Below are positions 7,863 through 16,949 of a stretch of DNA of 50,726 bases, piece by piece. The DNA lies in the IMG/VR virus record IMGVR_UViG_3300037234_000187, positions 1 to 50,726 of that record; one strand, 5' to 3'. The stretch is from a virus. Its lineage: Duplodnaviria > Caudoviricetes. Under the pieces are notes generated by a model. It was not told the DNA's origin. It worked only from the letters and a program-made list of their open reading frames with translations, and made no database searches. Position 1 is the stretch's first letter, and each line of letters begins with the position of its first letter. Made by a program: the position numbers and the translations under genes.

Positions 7863-7947
7863 TAGAGGATGTAGGATTCGAACCTACGGTGACTTTCGCC
7901 ACGCTTAGTTAGCAACCAAGTGCAATAAACCACTCTGCCAATCCTCT
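7863..7947 (-). tRNA. tRNA-Ser(GCT)
   Basis: AGAGGAT/ATCCTCT acceptor, D-arm, CTTGG-TTGCTAA-CTAAG anticodon arm, long variable arm, GTAGG-TTCGAAT-CCTAC T-arm; CCA not encoded. Confidence 0.9.
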
Positions 7948-8002
7948 GTGTTGGCCACCCACCGTGGTCCGCATTGTTAAGAGGCGTGGTGGGTGGACTT
8001 GT

Positions 8003-8332
8003 TTAATATGTACAGTTGTATACGAATTCCCGAACTGGGCTTTTGAGGTGAGTTAAGTTGAAGTTGGTGAATGTATGTCCCACCATTCCGCAGATTGCTA
8101 CTTTGTCTGTATCATTGGCATTTTTATGCTCCCGATACATCCGTGCAGCCTCCTGTCGTTTCCCTTCGACATAGCTTTGGGATTCCTCGAAGACTGTACG
8201 TTCAGCATTTTGCATAGCTTTACCTATTGTCTTCTTTTGGTGAACTCCTAGCCAACCTGCACCGTAAGACATCCCAATAGTTACAGTCAAAAATCCGATA
8301 AGTAATAGTATTCCGATTAGTGTGTTTTTCAT
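8003..8332 (-). CDS. Membrane-anchored hypothetical protein
   Basis: N-terminal TM helix; FEESQSYVEG motif; adjacent to lipoprotein gene. Confidence 0.8.
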   Translation of the reverse strand: MKNTLIGILLLIGFLTVTIGMSYGAGWLGVHQKKTIGKAMQNAERTVFEESQSYVEGKRQEAARMYREHKNANDTDKVAICGMVGHTFTNFNLTHLKSPVREFVYNCTY

Positions 8333-8340
8333 TCTAAATC

Positions 8341-8838
8341 CTAATGTAATGGGAAGGGGGATACAATAATTTCTGGCTCTACATACACTGGTCGTGCTTT
8401 GCCGGTCTTCGGATCAATTAATAGTAACCAAGTAGCTGATAATCCTTCTGGCATAAATAGCCCATTGGGTTCTGCTTGTGGCATCGAATGGTATCCGTAA
8501 CCAGATTGATACGTTCTCTTTTCTGGGTTACTAAATTGTGTAGAGTAAGGTAACCCGTATCCAATAGATTTACCCAGGAATTGCCCAACTTTACCCGTGT
8601 TGCGATTGAATAGATATGCGTAGCAGATTAAGTCTTCACTGTCACGTAGTTCAAGGATAGCCTTCATTGTTTTCTTCTCTTGGAAGTTTACAATTGCAGG
8701 GTATCCTATCTGTTTAACTGCTTCAGACATGGCCATCTCCGTCTTTCTCTGCATCTTTTTGTCTGCAGAGGCTTCGATTTTGCCGCAGCTTGACAAAGCC
8801 AGTATTGTGAGAGTTAGTAATAGTATTAATTTTTTCAT
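8341..8838 (-). CDS. Putative lipoprotein (conserved phage family)
   Basis: Signal peptide with lipobox LSSC; GYGLPYSTQFSNP, PQAEPNGLF.P, YVEP motifs. Confidence 0.8.
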   Translation of the reverse strand: MKKLILLLTLTILALSSCGKIEASADKKMQRKTEMAMSEAVKQIGYPAIVNFQEKKTMKAILELRDSEDLICYAYLFNRNTGKVGQFLGKSIGYGLPYSTQFSNPEKRTYQSGYGYHSMPQAEPNGLFMPEGLSATWLLLIDPKTGKARPVYVEPEIIVSPFPLH

Positions 8839-8871
8839 TTGTTTTGTTCCTTATTGTTTTGTTAATGTAAA

Positions 8872-8944
8872 TCCAGTAGCCGAGACTCGAACTCGAATTA
8901 TCGGCTTCACAGGCCGAGGTTCTAACCAATTGAACTACTACGGG
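8872..8944 (-). tRNA. tRNA-His(GTG), atypical
   Basis: GTTC/GAAC D-stem, TCGGC-CTGTGAA-GCCGA anticodon arm, TTCGAGT T-loop; one C-T mismatch in acceptor; no G-1, A73. Confidence 0.8.
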
Positions 8945-8952
8945 GTTGAAAT

Positions 8953-9171
8953 TTATAGCGTTACTTCGTCACTGATCTCTCGGAACCCATGCCATGATTC
9001 CGTGTCACCTTGAGATAATTCATAGGTTATCCCGTTCTCACGTAGGGTTATACTTGTCACCATTCTTTTCTTGTTGTCACCATCCGTCTTTAGATAAACT
9101 ATGTCATTCAGCTGGAACTGAAGTTGATAGACACCTGTGTTTAGAATGATGTCTGCGACACCTTTACTCAC
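8953..9171 (-). CDS. Hypothetical protein
   Basis: 72 aa; F.L.DIVYLKTD pattern (SH3/KOW-like). Confidence 0.7.
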   Translation of the reverse strand: MSKGVADIILNTGVYQLQFQLNDIVYLKTDGDNKKRMVTSITLRENGITYELSQGDTESWHGFREISDEVTL

Positions 9172-9391
9172 AAAGCTTCGCGAAGTTGTCTACGAACTTT
9201 TCAGCCTTACGCTTTTCTTCAGTAGCTGAGTCACGAATAATCGTGGCACTGTTAATGATACTTTCTTGGGCATCTGCGATGTTGGCATTTTGATCTGCCA
9301 CTTCTTGGAATTGACCTGTGAAACTGTCTACCAAGTCAGCTACTGTTTTTCGCTTGGCTGGTACATCTTCTGTGATTTTCTTTTTGAACAT
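9164..9391 (-). CDS. Hypothetical coiled-coil protein
   Basis: True start ATG 9391 (AGGAG RBS); upstream part of the ORF-track call overlaps tRNA-Gln. Confidence 0.75.
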   Translation of the reverse strand: MFKKKITEDVPAKRKTVADLVDSFTGQFQEVADQNANIADAQESIINSATIIRDSATEEKRKAEKFVDNFAKLCE

Positions 9392-9423
9392 CTCTGCTCT
9401 CCTTTGTTTGTTGTAAATTATAA

Positions 9424-9496
9424 CAGACCCCAGTGGGCTCGAACCACTGACCTGCAGAATCAAAATCTGCTGTTCTACCAACTGAACTAGAGGTCT
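9424..9496 (-). tRNA. tRNA-Gln(TTG)
   Basis: AGACCTC/GGGGTCT acceptor, GTTC/GAAC D-stem, GCAGA-TTTTGAT-TCTGC anticodon arm, AGTGG-TTCGAGC-CCACT T-arm. Confidence 0.9.
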
Positions 9497-9609
9497 ATAC
9501 TAGGTTTGACACGTCCTAGTTCGCTTATCATGTATCCATATCCTACTACCACCGGGTTGATATCGACAAACCTTATAGTGCTCAACTGCGTTTCTAGGTC
9601 AAGTTAAAT

Positions 9610-9798
9610 TTAATATACATCTCCATCCAGTGTAAGCGCGGCATACGTAGAAGGTATGTCACCTAGGCCACCACAGCTTTCGGTGAAGACACTGTTCAGG
9701 TGTCCCATTAGAGGATGGTTAATCCCTAGCTCACACCAGACGGAGTTGTACACTATTTCATACCAAATACCCAAGGGATTGGTAGGATATACTTCCAA
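9610..9798 (-). CDS. Small hypothetical protein
   Basis: Co-oriented ORF overlapping the end of the HNH gene; start uncertain. Confidence 0.35.
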   Translation of the reverse strand: MEVYPTNPLGIWYEIVYNSVWCELGINHPLMGHLNSVFTESCGGLGDIPSTYAALTLDGDVY

Positions 9799-10355
9799 TA
9801 GTGTTCCCCGCCTTGTCCCAGACTACCCCCTCGGCTGCTGAAGTTGCAAGCCGATTTAATGTTAGCAGATGAGATACCGAACGCACTAGCCGCATCACTT
9901 GGGGATGGGTACGTTTCAAGTCTTTCACCTTTCACATCATATCGCGCCACTGGGATGACGTTATGTGACGGGTGGGAGTATTTAAGTAATCGTTTACGTG
10001 TGCTCTCACACTCCCGTGTTGCCCAGAATAGATTATGTGTGCAATTATTCAAGGAGTTCCCATCCTTATGAATAACCACCATTCCCTCTTCTTTTGGACG
10101 TTCACCGTAAACCAGTGCCACTAAGTTGTGAACATAGTGTGTACTGTACTTACCATTTCTCCCACGTAGGCTAACCTTCACATGGGGGCAGTCTGTATCG
10201 ACCAATGCGTAAGGAACTTCACGAACTTCGCCTCTCCTATGATAGTCAACATTGAATATTTGTCCCAATTCTGACACAAAATACTGCGGAGCGATGGCTA
10301 AATCGGCCTGCTGTATGTTGCTCATAAAGATTGGGTGTAGAGTGCGTAATGTCAT
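9753..10355 (-). CDS. HNH homing endonuclease (NUMOD4-HNH-NUMOD1 type)
   Basis: YFVSELGQI, YVHNLVA, VIHKDGNSLNN..NLFW, C-terminal YPSPSDAA...NIKSAC. Confidence 0.88.
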   Translation of the reverse strand: MTLRTLHPIFMSNIQQADLAIAPQYFVSELGQIFNVDYHRRGEVREVPYALVDTDCPHVKVSLRGRNGKYSTHYVHNLVALVYGERPKEEGMVVIHKDGNSLNNCTHNLFWATRECESTRKRLLKYSHPSHNVIPVARYDVKGERLETYPSPSDAASAFGISSANIKSACNFSSRGGSLGQGGEHYWKYILPIPWVFGMK

Positions 10356-10376
10356 GTTTTCTCCTTTTCTATATCA

Positions 10377-10405
10377 AAGATACTCTATCTGGTTTCACTT
10401 GTCAA
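10377..10405 (-). promoter_or_regulatory. Sigma70-like promoter
   Basis: TTGACA-17-TATCTT upstream of HNH/tRNA cluster. Confidence 0.75.
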
Positions 10406-10423
10406 TAGTAAACGTGAAAATAA

Positions 10424-10687
10424 TTAAATAAAAATTGCAGACTCCCTAATCATTATGATATCTCTTGACTCACCTATCATCCACCTATCTGGTTTGTCTT
10501 GCCTGAATAGGTACTTACCTCCAGCGTATGTGCATCTACCGAATACCTCACCCGTATCGGACCATATATCATACATGGTTCCGATATCCAGTGTGGATGA
10601 CATCTTCTTCCAAGCTGTGGCTTCTATAAATGGCCCACTGGGCCATTCTATTTGAATCCACGGAACTACTACATCGTTCGGTATCAC
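10424..10687 (-). CDS. Hypothetical protein
   Basis: Likely GTG start overlapping the polymerase stop (GTGA), GGAGG RBS. Confidence 0.6.
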   Translation of the reverse strand: MIPNDVVVPWIQIEWPSGPFIEATAWKKMSSTLDIGTMYDIWSDTGEVFGRCTYAGGKYLFRQDKPDRWMIGESRDIIMIRESAIFI

Positions 10688-12960
10688 ACCACCCTCCCTT
10701 CTGTAGAGTAAATAGTATTTTTCATCGTTTCCATTTGATCCTCCAATGTCTCTCCAGACTTTAGGTATTTCTTCAACTTGTGGTAGAATCTGGCACCCTT
10801 GCCCTCGATCCATGTGTCTTCATGACTATGTAGGTCGATATCTAAACGTATGTCCAGCTTATCGCCAAGTACATTCCTTACGGCCTGCAGCATACATTCG
10901 GCCATATTGTCCCGTACCCATTCAACCTTATCGTCATCTGCCAGTGCGTACAGCGCATCATGTAGTGGGGAGATTAGATTAATACCTATGTTGTGGCAAA
11001 GTCTAACAGCCTCACGCATGATTACACCACCCGTACCTTGGGTTGGGAAGTTCTTTACGGACAATTCATTATCATTATCACCGAAAAGTGTCCAGCCATC
11101 CCAAAGGGTGTAGCATTTGTTCACCTTGTAGCTAACCATTATCTCTTTCAACCATTTCCAGTATCGGGGATATGTTCGTGAATGAAGTTGGATTAACCTC
11201 TTAGCTTCGGCGGGTGAAATAAGATATCCCATATCAGCAGTAAGCTTAATGGAAAGGTTAACATAACCCATACCGTATTGTAAGCCAAGAGTTGTAGACT
11301 TAAATAAATCTCTTTGGCGCGCATAGCTTTCAAATAGGTCATACTCTTCCATCTCCTTAGGGAAGAAACCACGAAGCTGTTGAATCCTAGTTTCGGATGG
11401 TCCGTGTTCGAATGTCTTTTCTGGCCACTGCTTTTTAAGTAATGGATCGAGTAACTTTTTGAAGTTCTTCACCTTCTTAGGGTCAGCACTATCTGGAACT
11501 GCCCCTGCTTTTTTGGCAAAATATAGGTACGGATCACCTGAACGGTATGCAGCCATCATATCTGGATCACCTGAGAGTATCGCAGCAATTGCGAATTCCT
11601 GTGAGGCATAATCAATCGCAATGATTGTTTTACCCTTTGGTGGCCGTATGAGGCATCTAAGCCATGCTGACATCGCTAAGATGAATCTTGATGCCTTGGG
11701 TGCGTTCCGACTAGTTTGCGTCCCATAGCTACCTAAAAACGTCCGTACGGAGTGATCAGAGCCAACCGAATCGAAGAAATCACCGTTAAGCTTAATTTTC
11801 TTCTCATCTGGTTGTTTGAACCATTTGATCTGGCTAATAAGCTTAGTGGTCTGCTTGTAGTGGTTAATCCCAGGGTATCCCACATACTTATCCAGTGTCT
11901 TCTCATCCGTCTTTACAGAGTTTCCATCGTGGTTCTTAGCCTTGGCTTCTGTTCTAGGCCAGTTCTCGAACACATCTTCACCTAAAGTGTGGAGGTATTC
12001 TACAAACTTATCGTACTTCTTGGTCCAACTACCTAGTAATTCTTTACCCTTTCGCTGTCGGACAAAGAACGGGAATACATTTTCGACCAAATCTTTGACC
12101 AAAGATTCCGATGCCATTTTCTCATTCTTCCTAAGGTTCCATGCAGCTTCATAGTCCAGTGGGCATCCTACCTGCTCCATCTTGGCAATTGAGGCTTGGA
12201 ATTCCCCACGCTTAAGCATTGAACCTACAATATGATCATGTGGCATTTTGGACTTAGCCTTGATTACATTATATTGGGCCAGAAGAAGATAGGGTAGTGG
12301 CATCACATCACTCGTACAGTAGTCCATAATATTCTTACGGTCTTTGAGTTCAAATGAGTCTGGATTGGAAATGATTAGATCCCGCATAGCCGTTTTGTGG
12401 CCTGTGTCCACACACACCCCTAAATGTAGACCTACCGCATCTGCCATTGATCCACCGATCTTATTATTGTCGTCACCAGCGTTCAGTTCTTTTACGAACT
12501 TAGGCTTTTTGGTGAAGATCTGGAATCCATTTACGAACTTCCTACCGTACATACAACTGTCATTCTTATTCTGACATTGTTTGTGATCCGCATATAGGTC
12601 AATCCACTCGAACTCATGGGGATTAAACCCCAAAGCCATCATAGCTCGTGCCTCTGCAGGTGTAGCGTATCCCACCATAATTGGGTTATCCGTCACGCGA
12701 CAGGATTCTAGGTAATCATAAAGTGTGTCCCAAGAGTTGGCCTCATCTAAATGTAGCCAAAATTCCCTAACATCTCCACTGGAGTCCATCGTGGAGCACG
12801 ATACTAAATTTAGTACCGGCTCGGAAGAAGAATTGAACTCAAAGTCAAGAAATAGTAGACATCTCTGAAAGAGAGTACTTAGTTCCTGTAAGAACTGTAG
12901 GTCCGGCTTCTTCTGTTTGAAGTTCTGGACCAGTATTTCTGGTTTCGGTATTGTCAGCAT
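10684..12960 (-). CDS. polA: DNA polymerase family A with 3'-5' exonuclease domain
   Basis: ExoI FLDFEF, ExoIII YCTSD, TQTSRN, motif A IDYASQE, motif B RDLFKSTTLGLQYG, NFPTQG, motif C LHDA. Confidence 0.95.
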   Translation of the reverse strand: MLTIPKPEILVQNFKQKKPDLQFLQELSTLFQRCLLFLDFEFNSSSEPVLNLVSCSTMDSSGDVREFWLHLDEANSWDTLYDYLESCRVTDNPIMVGYATPAEARAMMALGFNPHEFEWIDLYADHKQCQNKNDSCMYGRKFVNGFQIFTKKPKFVKELNAGDDNNKIGGSMADAVGLHLGVCVDTGHKTAMRDLIISNPDSFELKDRKNIMDYCTSDVMPLPYLLLAQYNVIKAKSKMPHDHIVGSMLKRGEFQASIAKMEQVGCPLDYEAAWNLRKNEKMASESLVKDLVENVFPFFVRQRKGKELLGSWTKKYDKFVEYLHTLGEDVFENWPRTEAKAKNHDGNSVKTDEKTLDKYVGYPGINHYKQTTKLISQIKWFKQPDEKKIKLNGDFFDSVGSDHSVRTFLGSYGTQTSRNAPKASRFILAMSAWLRCLIRPPKGKTIIAIDYASQEFAIAAILSGDPDMMAAYRSGDPYLYFAKKAGAVPDSADPKKVKNFKKLLDPLLKKQWPEKTFEHGPSETRIQQLRGFFPKEMEEYDLFESYARQRDLFKSTTLGLQYGMGYVNLSIKLTADMGYLISPAEAKRLIQLHSRTYPRYWKWLKEIMVSYKVNKCYTLWDGWTLFGDNDNELSVKNFPTQGTGGVIMREAVRLCHNIGINLISPLHDALYALADDDKVEWVRDNMAECMLQAVRNVLGDKLDIRLDIDLHSHEDTWIEGKGARFYHKLKKYLKSGETLEDQMETMKNTIYSTEGRVV

Positions 12961-13147
12961 CTACATCTCCTAGTATTTCATCAATTTTGTTTTGTGCCCA
13001 GTACAGTGTCTGGATCTGGTTCTCAAGCAATCCCTGGGCTTCTGGCCCCACTTTTCTCAACCTCTTGGCCTTGTGTAATCGTTCTTCACTGAGGGTAATT
13101 TTATCAGTGATGGCTCTCGATAATAGGCTAACCTTTTCTCTAATCAT
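12845..13147 (-). CDS. Hypothetical protein
   Basis: ATGA-coupled to upstream gene; C-terminus overlaps polymerase start. Confidence 0.55.
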   Translation of the reverse strand: MIREKVSLLSRAITDKITLSEERLHKAKRLRKVGPEAQGLLENQIQTLYWAQNKIDEILGDVDADNTETRNTGPELQTEEAGPTVLTGTKYSLSEMSTIS

Positions 13148-13356
13148 ACGTAACTCCTTACAGATTTAGCTAATTTTTGAAGTTTTCTATTCTTGTGCGC
13201 CCACTCATGTATAGATTCTAGCAATAGCTCATACTCTTCTTGTGATGGTAGTGGTAGTGGTAATCTTTTATCCATCTCTTTATGGACTAACCTAGTCCCT
13301 GCGTGGATTCTACGCTCGTATTTATTGAATCCGCTGTGTCTTTTTCCTCTAGCCAT
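13144..13356 (-). CDS. Hypothetical protein
   Basis: 70 aa, TAATG-coupled. Confidence 0.7.
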   Translation of the reverse strand: MARGKRHSGFNKYERRIHAGTRLVHKEMDKRLPLPLPSQEEYELLLESIHEWAHKNRKLQKLAKSVRSYV

Positions 13357-13682
13357 TATGAGCCCCTTGAATATGTGATTACACTATCGATTATCCCGTG
13401 TTCACCCATTACTCGCTTACAGTCATCACAGCAGTAAGTGTGCCCTATTAGGTATAGAGTAGCACCCTTGGCCTCTTCTCCAGCCTTTAGGCAAGCGTCT
13501 ACTTCGGCATGGTGCCCTTGCTTACAGACATTCTTGCAAAGTTCGTAACCTCTCCCCGACTTCATCCCAGCTCTAGGGCACTCGGTTAGTTGATTGTTGT
13601 GGATCTCATTGGTCCCGATTGACACCAAGATCCCGTCCTTCATTATTACGGCTACTGTTGATTGTTTTAGACAATTTATCAT
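13356..13682 (-). CDS. dCMP/cytidine deaminase family protein
   Basis: HAE...C(C)xxC zinc motif: HHAEVDAC, GATLY, YCCDDC. Confidence 0.88.
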   Translation of the reverse strand: MINCLKQSTVAVIMKDGILVSIGTNEIHNNQLTECPRAGMKSGRGYELCKNVCKQGHHAEVDACLKAGEEAKGATLYLIGHTYCCDDCKRVMGEHGIIDSVITYSRGS

Positions 13683-14596
13683 TAGTTCTCCTCGATTCCT
13701 TTAAATATGTGGGCGATTACATCTACGGTCCAGCCATCCCCTAGGATGCAGGCTGCCTCGTTTTTGGTTAGCCCGTCTGTATATCCAATAGGTACTGTCT
13801 GGCAGGCTTCTCTTTCGTGACTAGTCATATACCGTACACCGCCGTAGATACTCAAATCTACCTCAACTGCTAGTGCGTCAATCTCTTTAGCTGATTTCCC
13901 TTTGAAGTTTTCGTCGAAGTGTCTCTTTAATTGATTAAAGTGGTACTCAGATTTGAAGATCAGAGTGGTAAATCCAGTATTAAAATACCTGTGACACATT
14001 TTGATCGGGGTGGATAGTGGGCGTGAGTCACTTTCTAGTAACGTCCTAGCTTTATCCCTGTCCGAGAACCCATCAACTAGGAAATCGTTCAATTTCAAGC
14101 CCTTATCTACAGGTGTGCTGATGTTTGGAATGTTAGTCCAGTACAGTCGATGTCTTAGGTGGGGCGCAACTAGCTCCGAATTTATCACAACAGGTTCACA
14201 CCCAATGATCGAACTAACGAAGTCCTGATGTTCCTTCTTCATTCTAACATTCTCAAGTAGGAAGTATTTAGGTCTACAGGCTTTAAGCAATCTAACGTAC
14301 TCAAAGAATAGCCCACTCTTAACCCCATCTGTCCCGAGACGCTGCTTGTTAGCACCTGAGAAATCTTGACACGGGCTTCCACCGATAAGTAGATCTATCT
14401 TAGGTAGTTGCCATGCTCGTATCTTGGTAACGTCACCTAGTCTTTTATCCTTATCTTGAGGGTAGTTTCGGTCAGCCACTTTGATCGCATAGTCCTTGAT
14501 CTCAGCAGAGAAGTAGTTTCCCACTTCAATTCCTGCTTTCTCAAGTGCGATTCTCCCACACGACATCCCATCGAACAGACTTAGTACATCTAACAT
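13682..14596 (-). CDS. DNA (cytosine-5)-methyltransferase
   Basis: Motif I LSLFDG, motif IV GGSPCQ, motif VI LLENV, R.RLYWTN, C-terminal LGDGWTVDVIAHI. Confidence 0.95.
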   Translation of the reverse strand: MLDVLSLFDGMSCGRIALEKAGIEVGNYFSAEIKDYAIKVADRNYPQDKDKRLGDVTKIRAWQLPKIDLLIGGSPCQDFSGANKQRLGTDGVKSGLFFEYVRLLKACRPKYFLLENVRMKKEHQDFVSSIIGCEPVVINSELVAPHLRHRLYWTNIPNISTPVDKGLKLNDFLVDGFSDRDKARTLLESDSRPLSTPIKMCHRYFNTGFTTLIFKSEYHFNQLKRHFDENFKGKSAKEIDALAVEVDLSIYGGVRYMTSHEREACQTVPIGYTDGLTKNEAACILGDGWTVDVIAHIFKGIEEN

Positions 14597-14901
14597 ATTT
14601 CCTCCACATCCCCGTCACTGTTCACAAAATACTGAACGCGATCCATAAGTGAACGATCCATCTCTTTACCAATCAGTCCAGCTTTCTTGTCACAGTAAGC
14701 AACTTCGTCCAGATAGAATCCAATATCATCGGAGTCTTCCCAGTTCTTGAAGAGTACCACATCTACATCTGGATTACATATGATCTGCTCACCAACCTCT
14801 AGATAGTTCTCACCTATATTTACACCTGTTCCTAGAGTTATCACCAAAGCTTTCACTTTAGGTATAATCTCGTAGGATACTGCTATTTCTTTGTAATCCA
14901 T
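14590..14901 (-). CDS. Hypothetical protein
   Basis: 103 aa acidic, coupled to neighbours. Confidence 0.75.
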   Translation of the reverse strand: MDYKEIAVSYEIIPKVKALVITLGTGVNIGENYLEVGEQIICNPDVDVVLFKNWEDSDDIGFYLDEVAYCDKKAGLIGKEMDRSLMDRVQYFVNSDGDVEEIC

Positions 14902-16562
14902 TATTTGTCCCTCTCCTGAGCTAACAGGAAGTCATTAACTACTACATTTTCTGTAATTCTCTCCATTGTCAGCAATTTACTGGCAACGAGTCTAGCACCT
15001 TTGATCCCGTGCTTATTGTCGTATCTCCCCTCTGTGTAGTTCGGCACTTGGGTGGACATGAACTTCTTGAAGTCGGAATATCTGTGCTTTTCATTCCCAT
15101 ACAGTACTTTAAACACATCTTGTAATACGAATTTCGGTGTGACATATTCTGGGCCAAGTTCAAAGTACTCATCCAAAATGTGTTCATATTTCTCGGTATC
15201 TGGGGTGGTGATTGAATCGAACATTCTATCATCTACTTCTTTAGATACGATAATATTGTTTTGTGTCGGGCATAGTTTTCGGTAAGACGGGCCACAGGCG
15301 GCTAGGAATGCTGGCATCTCCGCAAGTAGTTTACCCTCGATCACATGTGCACTTGTTCCGTATGTAAATTGATCCGTGACCTCTTTCGGTAGGTTTTTAT
15401 TCCCAATTAATTCTTGAATCAATACACGGGATTTTTCATGTGTTTGGGTTACATCCAATTCAGGTTTATAGTTTGCACCCACTATCATTTTACAGTGGAC
15501 ACGCGCCATGAAGGGTGTTTGACCCTTAAACTCAATTGGTATGTTATCCCCACCCAGTGCTTGATGTACGATCCCTGTTCTAATTAGTGATGTGTTTTTA
15601 CAGTCAGGAACTGTGATCAGTCGTTTACCATAAATTTGACTACCGATAAATCTAGACTGGTTCGCTACCTTGTCATCAATCGATGTGGCCCCGTCCCGAA
15701 GGAAAGCTACGATGACATTGGTTATGGTTGATTTACCCGTCTGACCATTATCGTGCATCCAGTAAGCTTGTCTGGCCGTATTGTCTGCATCAAAGATTGA
15801 ATATATGTAGGCCATGAAAATCTCACGATCTTCGGGGTTGGGCATTCTAATATTCAGCCAATTAAACCATGTCGGGCAATCACCCTTTACCGCGTCCAAT
15901 ATGGATAGATCCGTGTAGACGAAAGCCGGTGTGTCAATATTATTGGTTATGATCTTAGGCGATTGAATTCTATAATGTATGCTGCCTAAGAAATACTCTG
16001 CAGTCTTCTTATAGTATTCAGCCAAAGTATATTGTGGGTATACTAGATTGTCACCAGATATTTTAGTATTCAGATCCCAGACTAATAATCCCACTTTACG
16101 CTTATGCTCATACCCTTCTCGAACCATTTGCATGTAGTGATGCTCCATGCAGTTGTAGGCATGGGGTGTTCCAGTCAGAGACACGAACATATCATCGGAG
16201 TTCTCCACTATACTATATACTTGGTTCTCATAGTTCTCGCGAAAATAAACCAGCTGCTTATTCTTTCGATCAGACAGGGCCCATCTAAAGTTAGCCAGTA
16301 GTTGATAATCTAAATTCGATAGTGCCTTCAAAGGCGTTGCCATTAAAGATTCATATATATAGTCTCCGGTACTGTCAAGTTTGGAACCGAACCAATCCTT
16401 AACAATTTTATGTGCGTCTTCGTATGTGGACTTCTGGTCCACCTCTTTAGTGATTAGTGAAGCGATGTCATCTATATGTATAGCCTTACGTCCGTTTGGC
16501 TTTTTATAGATCTCACCTTTCTTCACCTTATAGTTGTCGTCAAGATAGCTTGGTATTTGCAT
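14901..16562 (-). CDS. SF3 (D5/P4 alpha-like) replicative helicase
   Basis: CPTWFNWL, Walker A DNGQTGKST, GKRLITVPD, GGDNIPIEFKG, IVGAN motif C. Confidence 0.85.
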   Translation of the reverse strand: MQIPSYLDDNYKVKKGEIYKKPNGRKAIHIDDIASLITKEVDQKSTYEDAHKIVKDWFGSKLDSTGDYIYESLMATPLKALSNLDYQLLANFRWALSDRKNKQLVYFRENYENQVYSIVENSDDMFVSLTGTPHAYNCMEHHYMQMVREGYEHKRKVGLLVWDLNTKISGDNLVYPQYTLAEYYKKTAEYFLGSIHYRIQSPKIITNNIDTPAFVYTDLSILDAVKGDCPTWFNWLNIRMPNPEDREIFMAYIYSIFDADNTARQAYWMHDNGQTGKSTITNVIVAFLRDGATSIDDKVANQSRFIGSQIYGKRLITVPDCKNTSLIRTGIVHQALGGDNIPIEFKGQTPFMARVHCKMIVGANYKPELDVTQTHEKSRVLIQELIGNKNLPKEVTDQFTYGTSAHVIEGKLLAEMPAFLAACGPSYRKLCPTQNNIIVSKEVDDRMFDSITTPDTEKYEHILDEYFELGPEYVTPKFVLQDVFKVLYGNEKHRYSDFKKFMSTQVPNYTEGRYDNKHGIKGARLVASKLLTMERITENVVVNDFLLAQERDK

Positions 16563-16584
16563 AGTCTCCTCTGTGAATAATTAT

Positions 16585-16613
16585 AATTTAATCTAATGTG
16601 TTGTATTTGTCAA
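16585..16613 (-). promoter_or_regulatory. Sigma70-like promoter of replication operon
   Basis: TTGACA-17-TAAATT. Confidence 0.75.
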
Positions 16614-16876
16614 GCACTTTATTTGGGACCAATGCGCCAGGCAAATTTTGCCTCCCATAGAAATCCCACTTTTCAAAAAAGTTAAAAACTAACACTAAAC
16701 ACCAAAAATGAAGATAGATACCATACCATATTTACGATAATATGGCATATGATTATACTGACCACCCTCCCTTCATAGGATGGAAAAATTTCTAGACGTA
16801 GTTGAGTCTTCCGACTCTAGTGACATTGTGGCACTTTGTATAAGGGTTAATCAGTTATTAATTCTTACGTATCTCA

Positions 16877-16905
16877 AATGTATACTATTATATGAATAAT
16901 GTCAA
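16877..16905 (-). promoter_or_regulatory. Second leftward sigma70-like promoter
   Basis: TTGACA-17-TACATT. Confidence 0.5.
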
Positions 16906-16920
16906 AGGTTATTTTACCTC

Positions 16921-16949
16921 TTGACAAAATAATATTTAAAGTATATATT
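16921..16949 (+). promoter_or_regulatory. Rightward sigma70-like promoter
   Basis: TTGACA-17-TATATT, 26 nt upstream of ORF 16976. Confidence 0.8.

Noticed and set aside
8723-8929. ORF-track calls overlapping tRNAs (also 9392-9481 and 42721-42780 extensions)
   Set aside because: They are translations of tRNA genes; better starts with RBS exist downstream.
9502-9573. 72-nt segment closed by AGGTTTG/CAAACCT upstream of tRNA-Gln, tRNA-sized
   Set aside because: No T-loop, D-arm or anticodon arm could be folded.
10684-12960. Intron or intein in PolA, TerL or helicase
   Set aside because: ORFs are uninterrupted, with no intein terminal motifs; both HNH genes are free-standing.
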